Position numbers and translations under genes: made by a program
Part shown: positions 13,546 through 26,700 of the stretch, one piece after another
Numbering within the stretch: position 1 is the first letter of the stretch
How the letters are laid out: each line of letters opens with the position of its first letter
Assembly: GCA_951406725.2 (NCBI GenBank)
Contig: OX597830.1
Span: forward strand, 67,828,001-67,892,000
Reading direction: 5' to 3'
From: Octopus vulgaris
Taxonomy: Eukaryota
Length of the DNA: 64,000 nucleotides
The notes under the pieces: generated by a model
Told to the model about the DNA's origin: nothing
Database searches by the model: none
Seen by the model: only the letters and a program-made list of their open reading frames with translations

Positions 13546-13832
13546 GAAGATATTTAACATAAGATATTAAACATATTATAATAAGTAATTATTACAATAA
13601 CATCTGTGGATAATATTCATTGAAATTGTTGCTTGAATTTTCTTGATTTCATCTGTGACAGGAGAAACCTCTAACTTTTCAAATATTTATTGTTAGTTCT
13701 CTATATTATGGATACAAGCAATAACTCTGCACAATAAATTTATTCACCAAATTATCAGTAACTGAATTTTTTTTTCCATTTTATTAAACATTAGGTTACA
13801 TTAATACAATGTTTCTTTTTTTCTACATATAG

Positions 13833-14010
13833 TTTGTTCGTGTGGATCACCAAACCCCTATGGAGATTATGATGTATTTGATAAGATCTGCATGGAATAT
13901 TCGTTTACCAAGTTTGCTTATTTCTGTAATTGGGGGAAGAGAAGACATTCAGTTGAACCCACATGATGAAGCTGTTGGGCGTGGTTTATACAAAGCAGCA
14001 AGAACCATAG
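13833..14010 (+). CDS. TRPM: TRPM-family channel exon, MHR1/2 (FVRVDHQTP...PSLLISVIGG...RGLYKAARTI)
   Basis: tAG acceptor at 13831-32, G|GTATAA donor, 178 bp, phase 0 to 1. Matches TRPM 'YVRV..DT.P...W.L..P.LLISV.GG...KGL.KAA.TT'. Confidence 0.9.
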
Positions 14011-14024
14011 GTATAAAGTTTTAT

Positions 14025-14064
<40 letters not shown>

Positions 14065-14066
<2 letters not shown>

Positions 14067-14900
14067 TGCAGAATATGTGGGAAGAGAATGTGTCAAAGTG
14101 TGACTCACATTGTTAGTGCTTGTGAAAGTCTTGCACAGAAAGAGTACAAGCATAGATATGACAAAGTAGCCCATAGCCTCCACTGCTGGAGCACATGACC
14201 TAGTGGTTAGAACAGCGGACTTGCGGTCGAGGGATCGAAGGTTCGAATCTCAGACTGGGCGATGTGTGTGTTTATGAGCAAAACACCTAAGCTCCACGCG
14301 ACTCCGGCAGAAGGTAATGACGAACCTCTGCTGACTCTTTCGCCACAACATTCTCTCGCTCTTTCCTCCTGCATATTGCAACTCATCTGCGATGGACCGG
14401 CGTCCTGTCCAGGTGGGGAACCTATACAACAAGGAAACCGGGAAACCGGCCCTTATGAGCCAGGCATGGCTCGAAAAAGGAACAAACAAAATAGCCTCCA
14501 CTGGCTACTATGTCGTAAGTAAGGATATGAGGCTACGGGTGCTTGGTGCCAACATACACCAGAAAAGGTAATGGACGATAAGGGGAACTTTGATTTGCAG
14601 ACAGACAAGGTGTTACAGCAGTGAAGGCCGGATATAGGAAGGACAAACAAGAGTGCTTAATAATCGACATCATCATGAAAAAAAAGAGAAAAAGTTGATA
14701 AATATAGAGACCTGAGAATTGACATCGCTAAGATGTGGCAGCTATGAGAGTCAAACATAAAGGTTACTCCTGTTGTCAAAAAATATCTGAAAAAATTTTA
14801 AATACCCAACAATCTCGGTGTATTGCAAAAGTTGGCATTACTTGGAAATGGATGTATATTGCGTAAAGTACTTTCTGTCTGAGGTCCTTGTTGTGACTTG
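14065..14900 (+). mobile_element. R4/Dong-like non-LTR 3' fragment (CCHC plus RLE endonuclease) next to (AAT)n
   Basis: CRICG...THIVSACESLAQKEYKHRYDKVA, then RPDI and KYRDL motifs. Interrupted by a SINE. Confidence 0.75.
14186..14490 (+). mobile_element. tRNA-derived SINE with 13-bp target-site duplication
   Basis: A box (tgacctagtggtt) and B box (ggttcgaatc). ATAGCCTCCACTG is duplicated at 14173-14185 and 14491-14503. Confidence 0.9.
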
Positions 14901-15044
14901 ACAAACAGTGTCATTATTTTAATAGCCTACCAATGTATACAGTGCGTTTCTCTGCTCTGAGAATCAGGAAGAAACTCGGCAAGAAATGGAAACAGAATTG
15001 AAAGAAGATGATAATAATAATAGCAATAATAAAAGTAATAACAA

Positions 15045-15232
15045 TCCTTTCCACAGTAGGCACAAGGCCTGAAATTTTGAGGGAAGAGACTAGCCTGTTA
15101 CATCAAGCCCAGTGTTTCACTGGTATTTAATTAATCCACCCCGAAACAATGAAAGGCAAAGTCGACCCCGGCAAAATTTGAAATCAGAACATAAATACGG
15201 ACCAAATGCCGCTATGCAGTCAGCTCGATGTC
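15045..15232 (-). mobile_element. SINE fragment (CORE-like)
   Basis: Its reverse complement resembles the + strand copy at 60425-60610. Confidence 0.6.
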
Positions 15233-15282
<50 letters not shown>

Positions 15283-15284
<2 letters not shown>

Positions 15285-15635
15285 GAAGGAGGGTGGTGTC
15301 ATCAAAACTGAAAATCGTGTAACGAAAGAAAAATTTAAAGAAGAAATGAATAAGAAAAAGCATGGAATGAAAAACTGTACGGTCAGTTTCCAGAGATATG
15401 AACGCCAAGACAGATACAGAGGACCGGTGGCTGTGGATGAGGAGGATTGACCTGAAAATAGAGACAGAAGCACTCATTTTTGCAGCTCAAGAACATGCGT
15501 TAAGGACCAAGTATGTGAAGTGCAGAATAGACAGCACCATCGACAGTGAGAAACGTAGAATGTGTGGTGAGTGGGGTGAAACAGTATGGCACATCGTTAG
15601 CAAAAGCCCGAAATTGTCACAACACGAATACAAAA
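15283..15635 (+). mobile_element. R4/Dong-like fragment following (AAT)n
   Basis: WLWMRRIDLKIETEALIFAAQEHALRTKYVK...RMCGEWGETVWHIVS. Confidence 0.7.
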
Positions 15636-16997
15636 TCAATAACTTCTTCAATTACTTGTTTAATGTCATCAATTACTTCTTCAACAATAAATTTAGTGTT
15701 GCTCTTCTGAACAACAGTGACGTTGATGAAGGACGTACGTATCTGAGCGTGTGACTGTTGGTCAATTTGTCAGTTGTTTTGTTTTTTTGTTTTCGTGTTT
15801 TTTTTTTGCGGTTGTGAACGTGTTTTAAAAATTGGTTTCCTTGTGATGAAGGTGTTGATGTTGGCGTTGATTTGTTTTTTAATCAGTGTTGTGACGGATT
15901 TTGTTGTTTACAGTCATGTCTTAGGGCCTTCAATTTGGACTGGTCTCCGTTTGCTTCAGATTCAGTTTTTTTTTCTCTTATCTGCGACAAAGACTTTTTG
16001 GTGCGATGTCAATGAAGTCTTTGCTTTTAAGAGGACTTAGTAGGACGAAGGAGGCAGATGTGAGATAATAGCTTTGTTCATACCTTGAAGAGTTGGTAAT
16101 AACAGCGGAGATATTCGTGCTTATTCCTCTACGGGGCAAAAGGCTTTGAGGTGGTTCGTATACACACACCTAGAACACTTCATTTCTTTCGCTTCTATAT
16201 AAACGGGCATCTGTTCGCATTCCCCGGCACAGAAAAATCATGTGTAAGATTTATTTCCTATGAAGAAACTAATATCTGGAATTGCATCAGATTTCCATAT
16301 CTATTGAGTTGTAAGGTGCACTTCACCTTCACCATCTCCCCATGCTCCTCCTAAATCTCTCGCCGAATCACGGTGAATCGGTTCTTGACTCGAAAACGAG
16401 TCAACCATTTATTCATGTAACGGGAATCATCACAAAAGCCTGGAACGTGCAGGCTATAGTAACCATTTTTCTGGCTTCTTGCTCAGTGCTACATATAACA
16501 GCTAACGTCCCGTAGTGCATACTGTTGCATATGTGTAGTATTGGGGGGGGGGGTGCACAGTTCTTGCAGGCGTTTTTCGGTCTCTGCTGGAGTAGGAAAT
16601 TTAAGTTTCCGCTCTTTGCGAGAAACATATTGGCAGACAATTCTTTATCGCTCGGTAGGTTTTCTTTTTAATCCTCACTGGTTGCGAAATGTCACTTTGG
16701 TATTGCTGTGCTTTATTTTTCAAATCTTCAACCGAATGGACGGTCCACTAGATTACTGCTCCCAAAAAAGATAAAGCGTTGTTGTGAGTCCTTATGTTAT
16801 TGTTGTTGCTGTTGTTTTTTTACACAGTTGCCATTGGCAGATGTATTGGTCTTTTTGTTATTGCTGTTGTTTTCAATGTGGTTGTTTATGTTACTGTTGT
16901 TATTATCAATCTTGTTCATGCTGCTGATGTTGTTGTTGATATAGTTACTATTATTGTTGTTTCTGCCGCTTGTGCTGCTGCTGTTTCTTTGTTTGTT

Positions 16998-17214
16998 TGT
17001 TGAGCGAAGCGGTCTTCGTCCTGTAGTGGGAGAAGTCCGAAACGTAGTCCTTTGCTATTCGTAAGACCCGCAGAAGAAAAAGCAGGTCAACTCCCGACAC
17101 CGAGAGCATCGATGGATGGGTGAATGCGCATCCAGGCTCAGCGGTTGCGTAGGAAGTCGGGGACAAGAAACAGGAAGAAAGAGTGAGAGAAAGTTGGAGC
17201 GAAAGAGTACAACA
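16998..17214. mobile_element. LTR-like 217-bp unit
   Basis: GC-richer island bounded by TGTTG...CAACA (TG..CA with a 5-bp inverted repeat). No TSD seen. Confidence 0.4.
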
Positions 17215-17229
17215 GGCGTTTCAGAGTTT

Positions 17230-17860
17230 TTATTTTCCAGATGATACCCGTTAATCCTGTTGTAGCTCTTATCCTATTGTTTGTTCACTTATCCATATTG
17301 TTAGCCTTCAGCATTCTCCTTTCCATGGGTCTTTGTGTTGATATAAATTTATTTCCAATGTTCTTGTGGTTAGCCCAGTAGCACACACTAGTTGAAGATC
17401 TTTTTTTACACACATGGACACGTTACTACTCACGATGTGATTCAATTTACCAAAGGACGCTCATCCCAATTGTTCAATATTCAAAAATGTTTATCAGTAT
17501 TTGTCCAACATAAGTTTATTGATTCACATGTCTTACTATTTCATCATCTATTACTACACTTCAGCTGTGATTAGATGGTTAGAGATCATCTTCGTTTTAC
17601 TAATATTAATTCTGAGTCCACGTTTTTTGCTTTCTTCTGAGGATTTCTCAGCATTTCTGTTGTTACTTTAATGCTTCTGGAAACGAATACAATATCATCA
17701 GTGAATTTGAAATGATTTAGCATATAACCATTTATATTCAATTTCTGACCAATATAAGTTTTGAAAAACCTTTTCTAATACAGATGTGAATAATTTGAGT
17801 AATATAGTGTCTCTTTGTTTGAATCCTTTGCCAGTTTTCATTTCAATCACTTTGTTGTTT
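17230..17860 (-). mobile_element. Decayed RTE/BovB-like RT fragment
   Basis: Minus-strand GFKQRDTILLKLFT...LNHFKFTDDIVFVS (degenerate GVRQGD / RFADD). Confidence 0.55.
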
Positions 17861-18330
17861 ATATTCGGTTGGCAACCAAGTTCCCGCCATTTTTAAAATT
17901 TAAATTTTTTAAAAGGTTTAATAAAAAATGACAACTAATTAATCAATAATGTATTCACCCTTGTTATTTGCAACTTCTTCCCAACTTTCAACAAGGTTTT
18001 CTATACCTCCTTGGTAGAAATCACCCGATTTCGACTCGAAACATTGATCCAACCAAGCTCTCATTTCTGCATCACTATTGAACGAAACTCCAAAAGACGT
18101 GGAAATCTGTTGGTACCAAATCAGGAGAGTATGGCGGGTGTGGCAGTACTTCCCAGCCATGCGTTTGAATGACTTCCTTGGTCATATTGGCGATATGAGG
18201 GCGGGTGTTGTCGTGCAGCAGAAGAACTCCATGCTGCCGATTCGGTCTTTTCTCATGAATAGCCGTGTTGAGTCGTTCCATCTGTGGAACGATGTATGAG
18301 GCAAACGTTGTTATAGATAGATCCCTCAAG
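17861..18330 (-). mobile_element. Mariner transposon 3' part
   Basis: LLLHDNTRPH...WEVLPHPPYSPDLVPTDFHVF. TA-bounded terminus tattcggttggcaac at ~17862. Confidence 0.85.
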
Positions 18331-19217
18331 AACTACACAGGTTTGAGTATTCCTGATACACTATCTGTATCTTGCATCAATCTCTCTGTGAATATCTAAA
18401 TTTATTGACTACACCCTCCTTGTCTGAGTCCTTCCTCCTCACGGCCACCTCTCCTCACTAACACAGGTGGGTGTACTGACAAAGCTTAAATGAACAAACC
18501 TATGTTGAAAATCATTCCAGCAATGACCATCCCAACTTATAAAGGGTTTTTCAGACTATTTCCTTCAATGTGTTCTCTCCTTTTCAAAGACAGTAGGGAG
18601 AGAGGGAGGAGATATAATTGCTATTTTCTGAAGGTCCAGTGACCATGTAAAGGTTACTCGAGGAATTGTGAAATGGAAAGAGTGACAGTCATGTACCATT
18701 TCAGAGCATTACTAGACTTGAGCCAATAAGTGAAACCAAGTCACACTTCCATCTAAGACTTTACTCTTGCTCTCTAACAAAACACATTTCAAGTTAGCAA
18801 TATGGAATAAAAAATGCAGGGTGCTGATGATTATAGCTGAAAAGGGCTGAATGAAGTATATTGTTGTATTTAGGCTTTGGTTCTTTCTGTTATGAGTTCA
18901 AATTCTACTTGGGTTGTATTTTTGATTTATATGTCTTGTCAAGGATTCATTGAAAAATTAATAATTGAGTTTCATTTAGTTCATCATATCTTTGTTTCTA
19001 TAATGAGAAATGTATCAATATTTGAATCACCTCCAGTTAGTGACTGGTGCCTATTTCATCAAGTTTACATGGACAAAGGAAATTCAACCATTTTGTGTGA
19101 AGTCAGAATGTGAAGGAATATAACTAAATACCAGAAGGTATTTTGTGCAAAAATCTACAGTAGTTTTAGAATAAGATATCAATATTTGAATATAATTCTT
19201 GATCTCTTGTTTTGCAG

Positions 19218-19381
19218 ATGCTTGGATTATAACTGAAGGCTTACATACTGGAGTTGCGAAATATATTGGAGAAGTTATGCATAATAAGGAAAATAAAGTG
19301 GTTGCCATGAATGAAGTGACAACTCTTGGTATTGCACCATGGAACTGTGTACTGGACAAAAAATCCCTAGTGAATAAGCAG
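19218..19381 (+). CDS. TRPM: TRPM-family channel exon (DAWIITEGLHTGVAKYIGE...LGIAPWNCV...NKQ)
   Basis: ttgcAG acceptor, CAG|GTAAAT donor, phase 1 to 0, which fits the previous exon. TRPM 'AWIITGG..GV.K.VG...GIAPWG' motif. Confidence 0.92.
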
Positions 19382-20876
19382 GTAAATTTCTGTTTCAGTT
19401 ATTTTCCTTTTTTTTAACCTCTTATATAATCCTTTCTCCATATTAACATTAAGTATTGATTTATATCATTTTACTGTTGGTGTTTGAAAGTTCAATATTA
19501 ATTATGAAATGGTAACATTTAATTATTAAATTACATCAAGACATAAAGAAAAGTCCATATGATTTCCATTTATGATACATTGCTAATTTTGTGATAAGAG
19601 AAGTAATATTTTCAAGGGTTCTTGACTTTCGTGTGTGTATTATTTTTTTCTATTTTATTTGAAACGAAAAAGTAAATGGCCGAGTGAATGAGATATTTGA
19701 CTACCTGATCATAGAGAATGAGTTCTGTTTCATTGTTTCTGGGGAAAATACTATGTTCTACATTGCCTCAGTTTTTTTTTTTTTTTTTTTGCTTATCAAG
19801 AAAAAATATATCAATTTGGCAATATTCCATCACTTCTCAAAGATTATCAATCATCTTGATTTCTTGCTTGACATTTTGATCCAGTTTCTGGTTTTGGTTA
19901 GAGTTTGTGTGCAATGGATATAACTCAACAAGTCATTCTATATTAAACTTATTGTTTCTTCCTTTGTGCAGTGTAACTATTTGACAGAGATTAAGATTTG
20001 ATGTGGTTATATAGCAGAGATCTCTTGCCAAGCCTGGTTCTGGGAGTCTTTCGTGCTTTGCTTACTCTGATATCCAGTTGAATTATTTACGTGAATCGAA
20101 GTAGTGGTTAAAGACAACACATGGGTTATAGGTTTTTACTCTGTTTCCACCACCAGTTGTTTAAAAAAATTCTGCAAATATCCTGAATACTTCACTTTTT
20201 TCCCTTTCCCCAAGCTAAAAAATAATAATAACGAAAATACAAAACGTGACTATCACAACATAGAGAAAAAGATACCCTGAGGTTGTGTGAGATTTGGATT
20301 AAATCACCTTATAGCAAATGAGTAGTGTAAGATCCGCAGAAAGTCAATATAATTGAGCAGCCATATCCATGGTTATTTTAAAACTAAAGATTGTGAAAAT
20401 ACATAATTTCTTTGCATTATGTTTTACTGAAGCAATGATTTCTCGGATTTGTGTAAAGTTCTCTTAGGGAAAACAATTTTCTTTCTTATAGAATCGTTAT
20501 CTCTTCATCTTTAGGAGTTACTTTCTTTTATTTTTGTCCTTACGTCAGAAAGTAAAAAACTTCGTAGAAAAAGCTATACGCACTTGTTCATGAGAAATCA
20601 CTGGTTTAACGTTCTTCGCTTTTCTCTAGTGACAATATCATAAAACTATTTTAAAGTTATTGAAAGGTTTAAAGATTTAAATAATCTTAACAGTGTAATG
20701 AAATCAAAGACATTCTATAGTATCATTATGCTATGATACGACTACACTGAGACCAGTGTTACAAATCTTAATACATTTTCTATTTTAGAGAATAGTGCAT
20801 ACGACTAGAATTGAAATCGCTAACCTAGTGAACAAAGTACTGCCGCTGTCACGCTGCAGTATGGATTCTAAATTTG

Positions 20877-20930
20877 TGTATGTATGTATGTATGTATGTA
20901 TGTATGTATGTATGTATGTATGTATGTATG

Positions 20931-21008
<78 letters not shown>
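20877..21008. repeat. (TATG)n(TA)n microsatellite
   Basis: Direct reading. Confidence 0.95.
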
Positions 21009-21011
<3 letters not shown>

Positions 21012-21114
21012 GTGCCTCTAAATTGCGCACAAATGAAAACAACACTCGCATCTCGTTTTAACAGATATTTTAACAAACTTTCATTAAAATATCTTGAAAT
21101 ACTAAAGAGTAAAT

Positions 21115-21840
21115 TTATTATATAGATGAACCACTCACTGCTATTCTTCGGGCCAGTCGTTTTGTTTACGTTGGTGAATACTGCCATACTCCTTGCTTTC
21201 AGTTCATTTTTGGTGTCACAAGAAGTTTCATTGGTCTCTTACTCAACTGCACCCCGCACATAATAATGAAGCGGGTTGCTGTCTGGGGAGTTAGGTAACC
21301 AGATGTTAAGTGTGATGTGGTTGCGGAAATTGTCTGATATCCATGACTGGGTTCTACAGCTTGTGTGGTATGGTGCAGAGTCCTGTTGCCAGACATGAGA
21401 TCTTCCAGCAGCCACCCTCTTGACCTAGGGCAGCACTACGTCCTCCAAGCACTTTACGTAGGGTTCTCTACTGAGTCTGGAGCCATGTGGGAAGATGAAT
21501 GGAGGCATAATGTCGCCATCACTAGTGATTACACCAAACACTATGATGTTGAGGGGATGTTTGATTTTCCTCTCACTCGGTACATATCAAATTGCACTGT
21601 CCTCAGATTGACACCCAAACAATCTGAAATATTCGTATTGGAGCTTCCAGCGCGAATGCCAAGCAATACAGTTTGTCATTTCCAAATGTTTGGCATAGTG
21701 AATTGCGTCATGGTGCTGCTTTACTCACAGACTGTGCCCAACTGACCCTACTATAGTGTGTAGTCGACAAAATCAAAAACGAACAATGCACATAAGCGAA
21801 AGCAAAAAAATAAAAAATAAAATGGTGACAATTTCTGATA
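21115..21840 (-). mobile_element. Tc1/mariner-superfamily (maT/rosa-like) transposase remnant
   Basis: Minus-strand VFGVITSDGDIMPPFIF...VWQQDSAPYH...WLPNSPDSNPLHYY. Confidence 0.65.
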
Positions 21841-22039
21841 TTCAACGCGGAATTCTCTGTATTTGAGTGCGGAACTCTCTGTTATTCAGATTATTATTAT
21901 CATTGCTTTACTTCTCAGAACGTTCAGTCTCATTTGTTCTGGTAGATTCTATGAGAAAAGACAGCAGCCTGCAGTCAGAGATCTCACAAAATCTCTTTCT
22001 GCACATTATATGATACTTGGTTGTTAATTATTGTAGGAA

Positions 22040-23180
22040 ACTTTCAATATACAAGTACCAATCTCAAAATCCTACCTGTCCCCAGTAGATCAGTTTTTTG
22101 GCCTTGCTCTGCTCTCATGTCAATTCCGATTTCTTTGACATATTTCTCGAACTTGGTTGTTAGTGCTCGGAGTGCCCTTAAAACTACTGGAATGACAGAC
22201 ACTCTCCTCGTAGTCTATATTCTCGCAATTTCGTCTTTTAGAAGTCTGTACTTTTCAATCTTTTCTAGTTCTTTGTCACTTATGCGTGCATCTCCGGGTA
22301 TTGCAATATCTATAATCTTGGTTTCCTTTTTCCCTTTATCTACCACAACAATATCTGGTCTCCGAGCCATGATCAAGGAATCACATTGGATCGTAAAATC
22401 TCACAGTATCTTATGTTCCTTGTTCTCAGTGACTACTTCTGGTTCATGTTCGTATCATTTCCGTATTCAGTTCAGGTCGCACTTTTCACAGCGTCCAGGA
22501 GACAAACTTAGCCACATTATCGTGCCTCCTTTTGTAGTGCTTTTGAGACAGCTTGCTACACTCACTCACAATATGTGAGATTGTTTTGTTTTCGCTTGCA
22601 CACATCCTAAAAAGAGGCGGTTCGGAATTTGGTGTAATTAGTTCTCAGAGCTTGTTCCTAGGTGCTACATATAAATGCCTCACTGCGTCCTTGCAGATCA
22701 CTTTTTCTTAACCATCTGTAAGTATTGATCTTGTCTTTTCCTTCGATTTCTCTGAGGTATTGCCCATGCAACGGTTTCATTTTCCAGTTGTGTACTCTTT
22801 TTTCATTTTGTTTCTTAAATGCTTGTGGGTGCCCTCCTGTTACAGGAGAACTTATAGGCATAATCGAGGAACCACACTGTCCGAAATTTCCCCGAACACC
22901 AAGAGCAAGTGCCCACTTCGACTTACAGGTCTACACTGAGAGAGGTGCCATCCACTCTTGCCATTTTTGCAACTTTCACCCACCTTTCAAATACACTCAC
23001 TCAAGGACAGAACTTCCCTCTCCACTCGCAATTTCATTTTTCAAGTGAAAATCCACTTCCTTTCATAGAGATTTTTATTTTCCTGTAGCCAGGGGAGACG
23101 TTTACGCTGGTCTATATTTATCGACTGCGTGATGTTTAGTTCTTCTACTTTTGTTATTTCTTCAATTGGTCCGTCTCCCT
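22040..23180 (-). mobile_element. R4/Dong-like non-LTR 3' fragment
   Basis: WKMKPLHGQYLRE...WLRKSDL, then WDFTIQCD...ARRPDIVV...IIDIAIPGD...EKIEKYRLL (RLE PD..D). Confidence 0.75.
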
Positions 23181-23572
23181 CCTCGGTTTTAGCTGGTGTG
23201 TGTTATTTTGTTTGTTGTTGTTTTATGCTTCAGTATTCGCCTGTCTATGTGTGTTGTTTATGTGTATGTGAGTGTATGGAGTGTCATTATGCATCTGTAT
23301 ACCAATTCATTAGTGTTCTTTTTTTATGTCTGTAAACATTAAAATCTCCCTAACACATTCAGTATAACACAATCCATATTCTGATACTTTCTCTCCCTAT
23401 TTCCAAAGCTATCTCTCTCTTTCTCTTTTTCCCACTTTTCCCTGCTCTTTGTTACTCCCCCAATTTCTATTAGCTGTATATTTTTCTGTATCAGAACAAA
23501 AAAACACATATTTTTATGTGACAATGGTTTTTATAATATGTATAACAATTAAAATATTGATTTGATTTCTAG

Positions 23573-23746
23573 GGATCGTGGCCTGTATGGTATTACACAC
23601 GAACTAATTCTAAAAAGAAAAGTATGCATTGGATCCTAATCATTCACATTTTATCCTTGTTGATGATGGTACCAAAGACAATTTTGGAGAAATAATTGAA
23701 TTCAGAAAAAAGTTAGAACATACTATTTCACAAGAGAAAATCCCAG
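23573..23746 (+). CDS. TRPM: TRPM-family channel exon (GSWPVWY...YALDPNHSHFILVDDGTKDNFGEIIEFRKKLEHTISQEKIP) with apparent 1-bp frameshift
   Basis: ttctAG acceptor, G|GTAAGT donor, diagnostic LDPNHSHFILVDDGT motif. The 5' and 3' halves lie in different frames unless one A is added at 23612-23621. Confidence 0.88.
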
Positions 23747-26700
23747 GTAAGTTGTTATTACTGAGAAATCTAAACATATCATACAGAACAGAGATGAAAT
23801 ATTATTGAGAATTCCTTGTTAAATTGACACATACATCATATCAAATGTCTCCCTTTAATATGGAACCGATCTTTTATAGGTTTTAGTTAAATTATTTTTA
23901 ATATTTAAGACTTAAGCAATTCTATTTTTCTATGGTATCCAATCAACATTTACTGAATGATTCTTTTTTTCCAATGTTGACCGGTTCAGTGGTGTCACTG
24001 CTTTGCTAATAAAGTCACAATGAGTTTGGAACATGTCTGGATTTTCTCTATGAAGTTTTGTTCTCTTTATTGTTCCTATCATTATGTTTTCTCCAAATGT
24101 ATTCCTCATTGTTGTACATATTGTGTTAAACTTTGTGTAGGATGCTATCGTCACATTTGGGCTGGTGTCCCAGTTGCTATTCATCCTCTCCTTCATTGAC
24201 TTTAAAGCATGTTTCTGAAGTTATTGGTCCTGTTTTGGTAGCTAAACTCCAACCTCACTTTTATCATTGTGATATGACTTCCTTATCTCTTTTCTCCCAT
24301 TGTCATTTTTCTCCCTAACTCCCTAACTTTCCCTTCTTGTCCCTTCTCTTAATGTGGCTAATTGAGTGATTCATCTATTTGCTACTTCTCATCATTTGCC
24401 TGTTCTTATTCCCTCCAGTCAGAAATGTTTTTTTAATCTCAGTGTTTTCCCTCTAACTTTTTCTTGTTTTTCAGATAACAATGATTTTCCTTTTTAAATT
24501 TTGGGTTTACTATTTTGTTTTATTTTTATTACAGTTTCTCATTAGATGAGACAGTTGATCTCCCGAAAGATTAGCTCTCATGTTTCTAAGCACTTTAAAG
24601 ATTTTAATTTTGTTTTAAAGTGATACCAAATTAAGGCAGGCATAGATTTCATTAATTCTTCTTCCTTTTTGGGATCACTGGTTGGGTCTGATGGAAGCCA
24701 CTTGATAACAACAAGGCTACTCTACCTTTTTCGAGATATATTGTCATGTTATCCTTCATTGATTTACTCAGAGCCTCCAGAATTCACTTGTTTTTCATTA
24801 AACATTAATCCATGGCAATCATTTGATATCACTAAAGTACATCTCTAAATTTTGAAATTCATGGCAATGTGTCACCCAGGTGCATCAAGTATAAAAAGGG
24901 TTTGAAAACAGAATTTGCTGTATAGCTCCCAGAAAGGAGTGTGGAAACAACAACAGAAGGAAAAAACCAGCTGTGATTGCTGAAGCATTATGTTGATAGT
25001 CATTGCATACTGTGGTGGAGGGTTTGTGTGGTCCAGTAACTCTGAGTGCAATCTTGTAGGGCCATTCATAATGATAAATCAAAGAAGGGGACCCGGATAG
25101 AACATAGCCAACCCTTTCAATACCTCAGTGACAAAACAAGTAGATGTAGACAACAACAATATCATATTTCAATAGTGTTTGAACAGGTAGAAGTAGGCAA
25201 TGTCAAAATGGACTGTCTATGATGGTGTCATTCAGAAGTATAAATGAGTTAGTGGCTATCTACCATTTCCCTCAGCTGATACTGTCCATCTGATTCTACA
25301 TGCTCTGTAGAGGATGGTCCTGAAACCATAATGCATTGGTCACTCCCTAGCAAGTTAGGTTCCACAGAACAAATTCTTCTTGCTAATATACTGAGCAACA
25401 GACTGAAACAAGAATGCCTTTAAAGATCTGCCATTAACTTCCAGGAAGCACGTTTCAGATCCTTGTAAATGAACCTTGTCAAAACTAGCAGAAATCACTG
25501 CCCTTTGGTCAGCAGTGAGTTTGGAGTCATTGATCTCTGCTGTTAATATGTCAATATTATATTTTTGTTTCCAGAAGCTTTACTGGTCAAATAACTTTTG
25601 TACTGTTTCCTTCATGCAGCTTTTATAAAACCATAAACATTCTAATAATTTGGCTTCAAATTCCTTCTCATTGAAAGTTATCCAATCAGACACCAATCAA
25701 GCACACCTGGTACTATTTTATTAATCACTACCAAGAGAAGTATTTCAACAAATTGATATTACAAAGGTGGAACTTTACATATTTCCACTCTCGATTCATT
25801 TTCAATTCTGTAACTTTGCTTGGTAGTCAATGAAAACAGTCACTTCTGGGAATATTCTATTGATAAAGAGTCTTTGGTGAATTTCCATGACCACCAAATC
25901 ATTAATGAGAGAAACACAATAAGAAGATTAATTATAAAATGAAAGATTACATTTGATCAATTACCATAATTTCAAATTTGCCCAATTTCAGTTCGATAAA
26001 TAAATTTCAATCACCTGATATGTCAGTATTAGGGGTTGATGCACATAGCAATGTATTCAGCAGAAGCTCTACATTAAGTGAGTCTTAAACTAAATTGTTA
26101 CCTTTCTATATAGGTTTTAGAAGAAGAGAGATAAAGTAAAGGTAAGAGAGAAGTGAAAAAGGTATTGATAATATTAGATTGGCAGGGGAAATGAAAGAAT
26201 GAGAAATAAAAAGAAGGAAAATGACGAAAGTAGAAAAGCGTTTAATGAGATGAAGGAAGAAGCAGAATAGTAAATGGGAGCATTGTGTTGGCAGCAGAGA
26301 TCAGGCAATAGTTATATATAAAAGAAAGAGAAGTAAATGATAGAAACAATAACTTCTAAAGCATATGATAAATATATATTTGTTGTATTTTTATATGCTT
26401 TCTATAATGATGAAGCAATTAATTAATGACATTTGTTGATTGCTTAAGATAGATGTGGCTAATGTTCAGGTTGATCAGCTACAAGTTAATGCCAGTTTGA
26501 ATAAGTGTTACAAGAGTAATGTGTGTGAATATGATTTTGAGAGATTAACATCTTGAGGAGGAAGTATTTGGAAAAGTGGTTAGTTTGGAAATGAGTGGGA
26601 ACACAAAGAATTGTTAATGAGAGAAATAATGACCATTGTATTATTAGCAAATATATAAGAGTCAGGAGATAGAGCTTTTGCAGACAGAAATCTTGACCAG

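Noticed and set aside
13842-14198. 118-aa ORF taken as one protein
   Set aside because: It is a chimera: the TRPM exon read through its donor into (AAT)n and an R4-like fragment.
14186-14260. tRNA genes here and at 13104 and 54461
   Set aside because: A/B boxes are present, but there is no complete cloverleaf and each continues into a SINE body.
15650-16760. Possible ORF1-like retroelement remnant on the minus strand
   Set aside because: Too degraded to assign by eye.
17015-17052. Hammerhead-like GGA-gaag-TCC-GAAACGTA
   Set aside because: No CUGANGA core and no stem I partner.
23900-25900. Old RT-like remnants on the minus strand
   Set aside because: Only faint motifs; boundaries and family cannot be supported.
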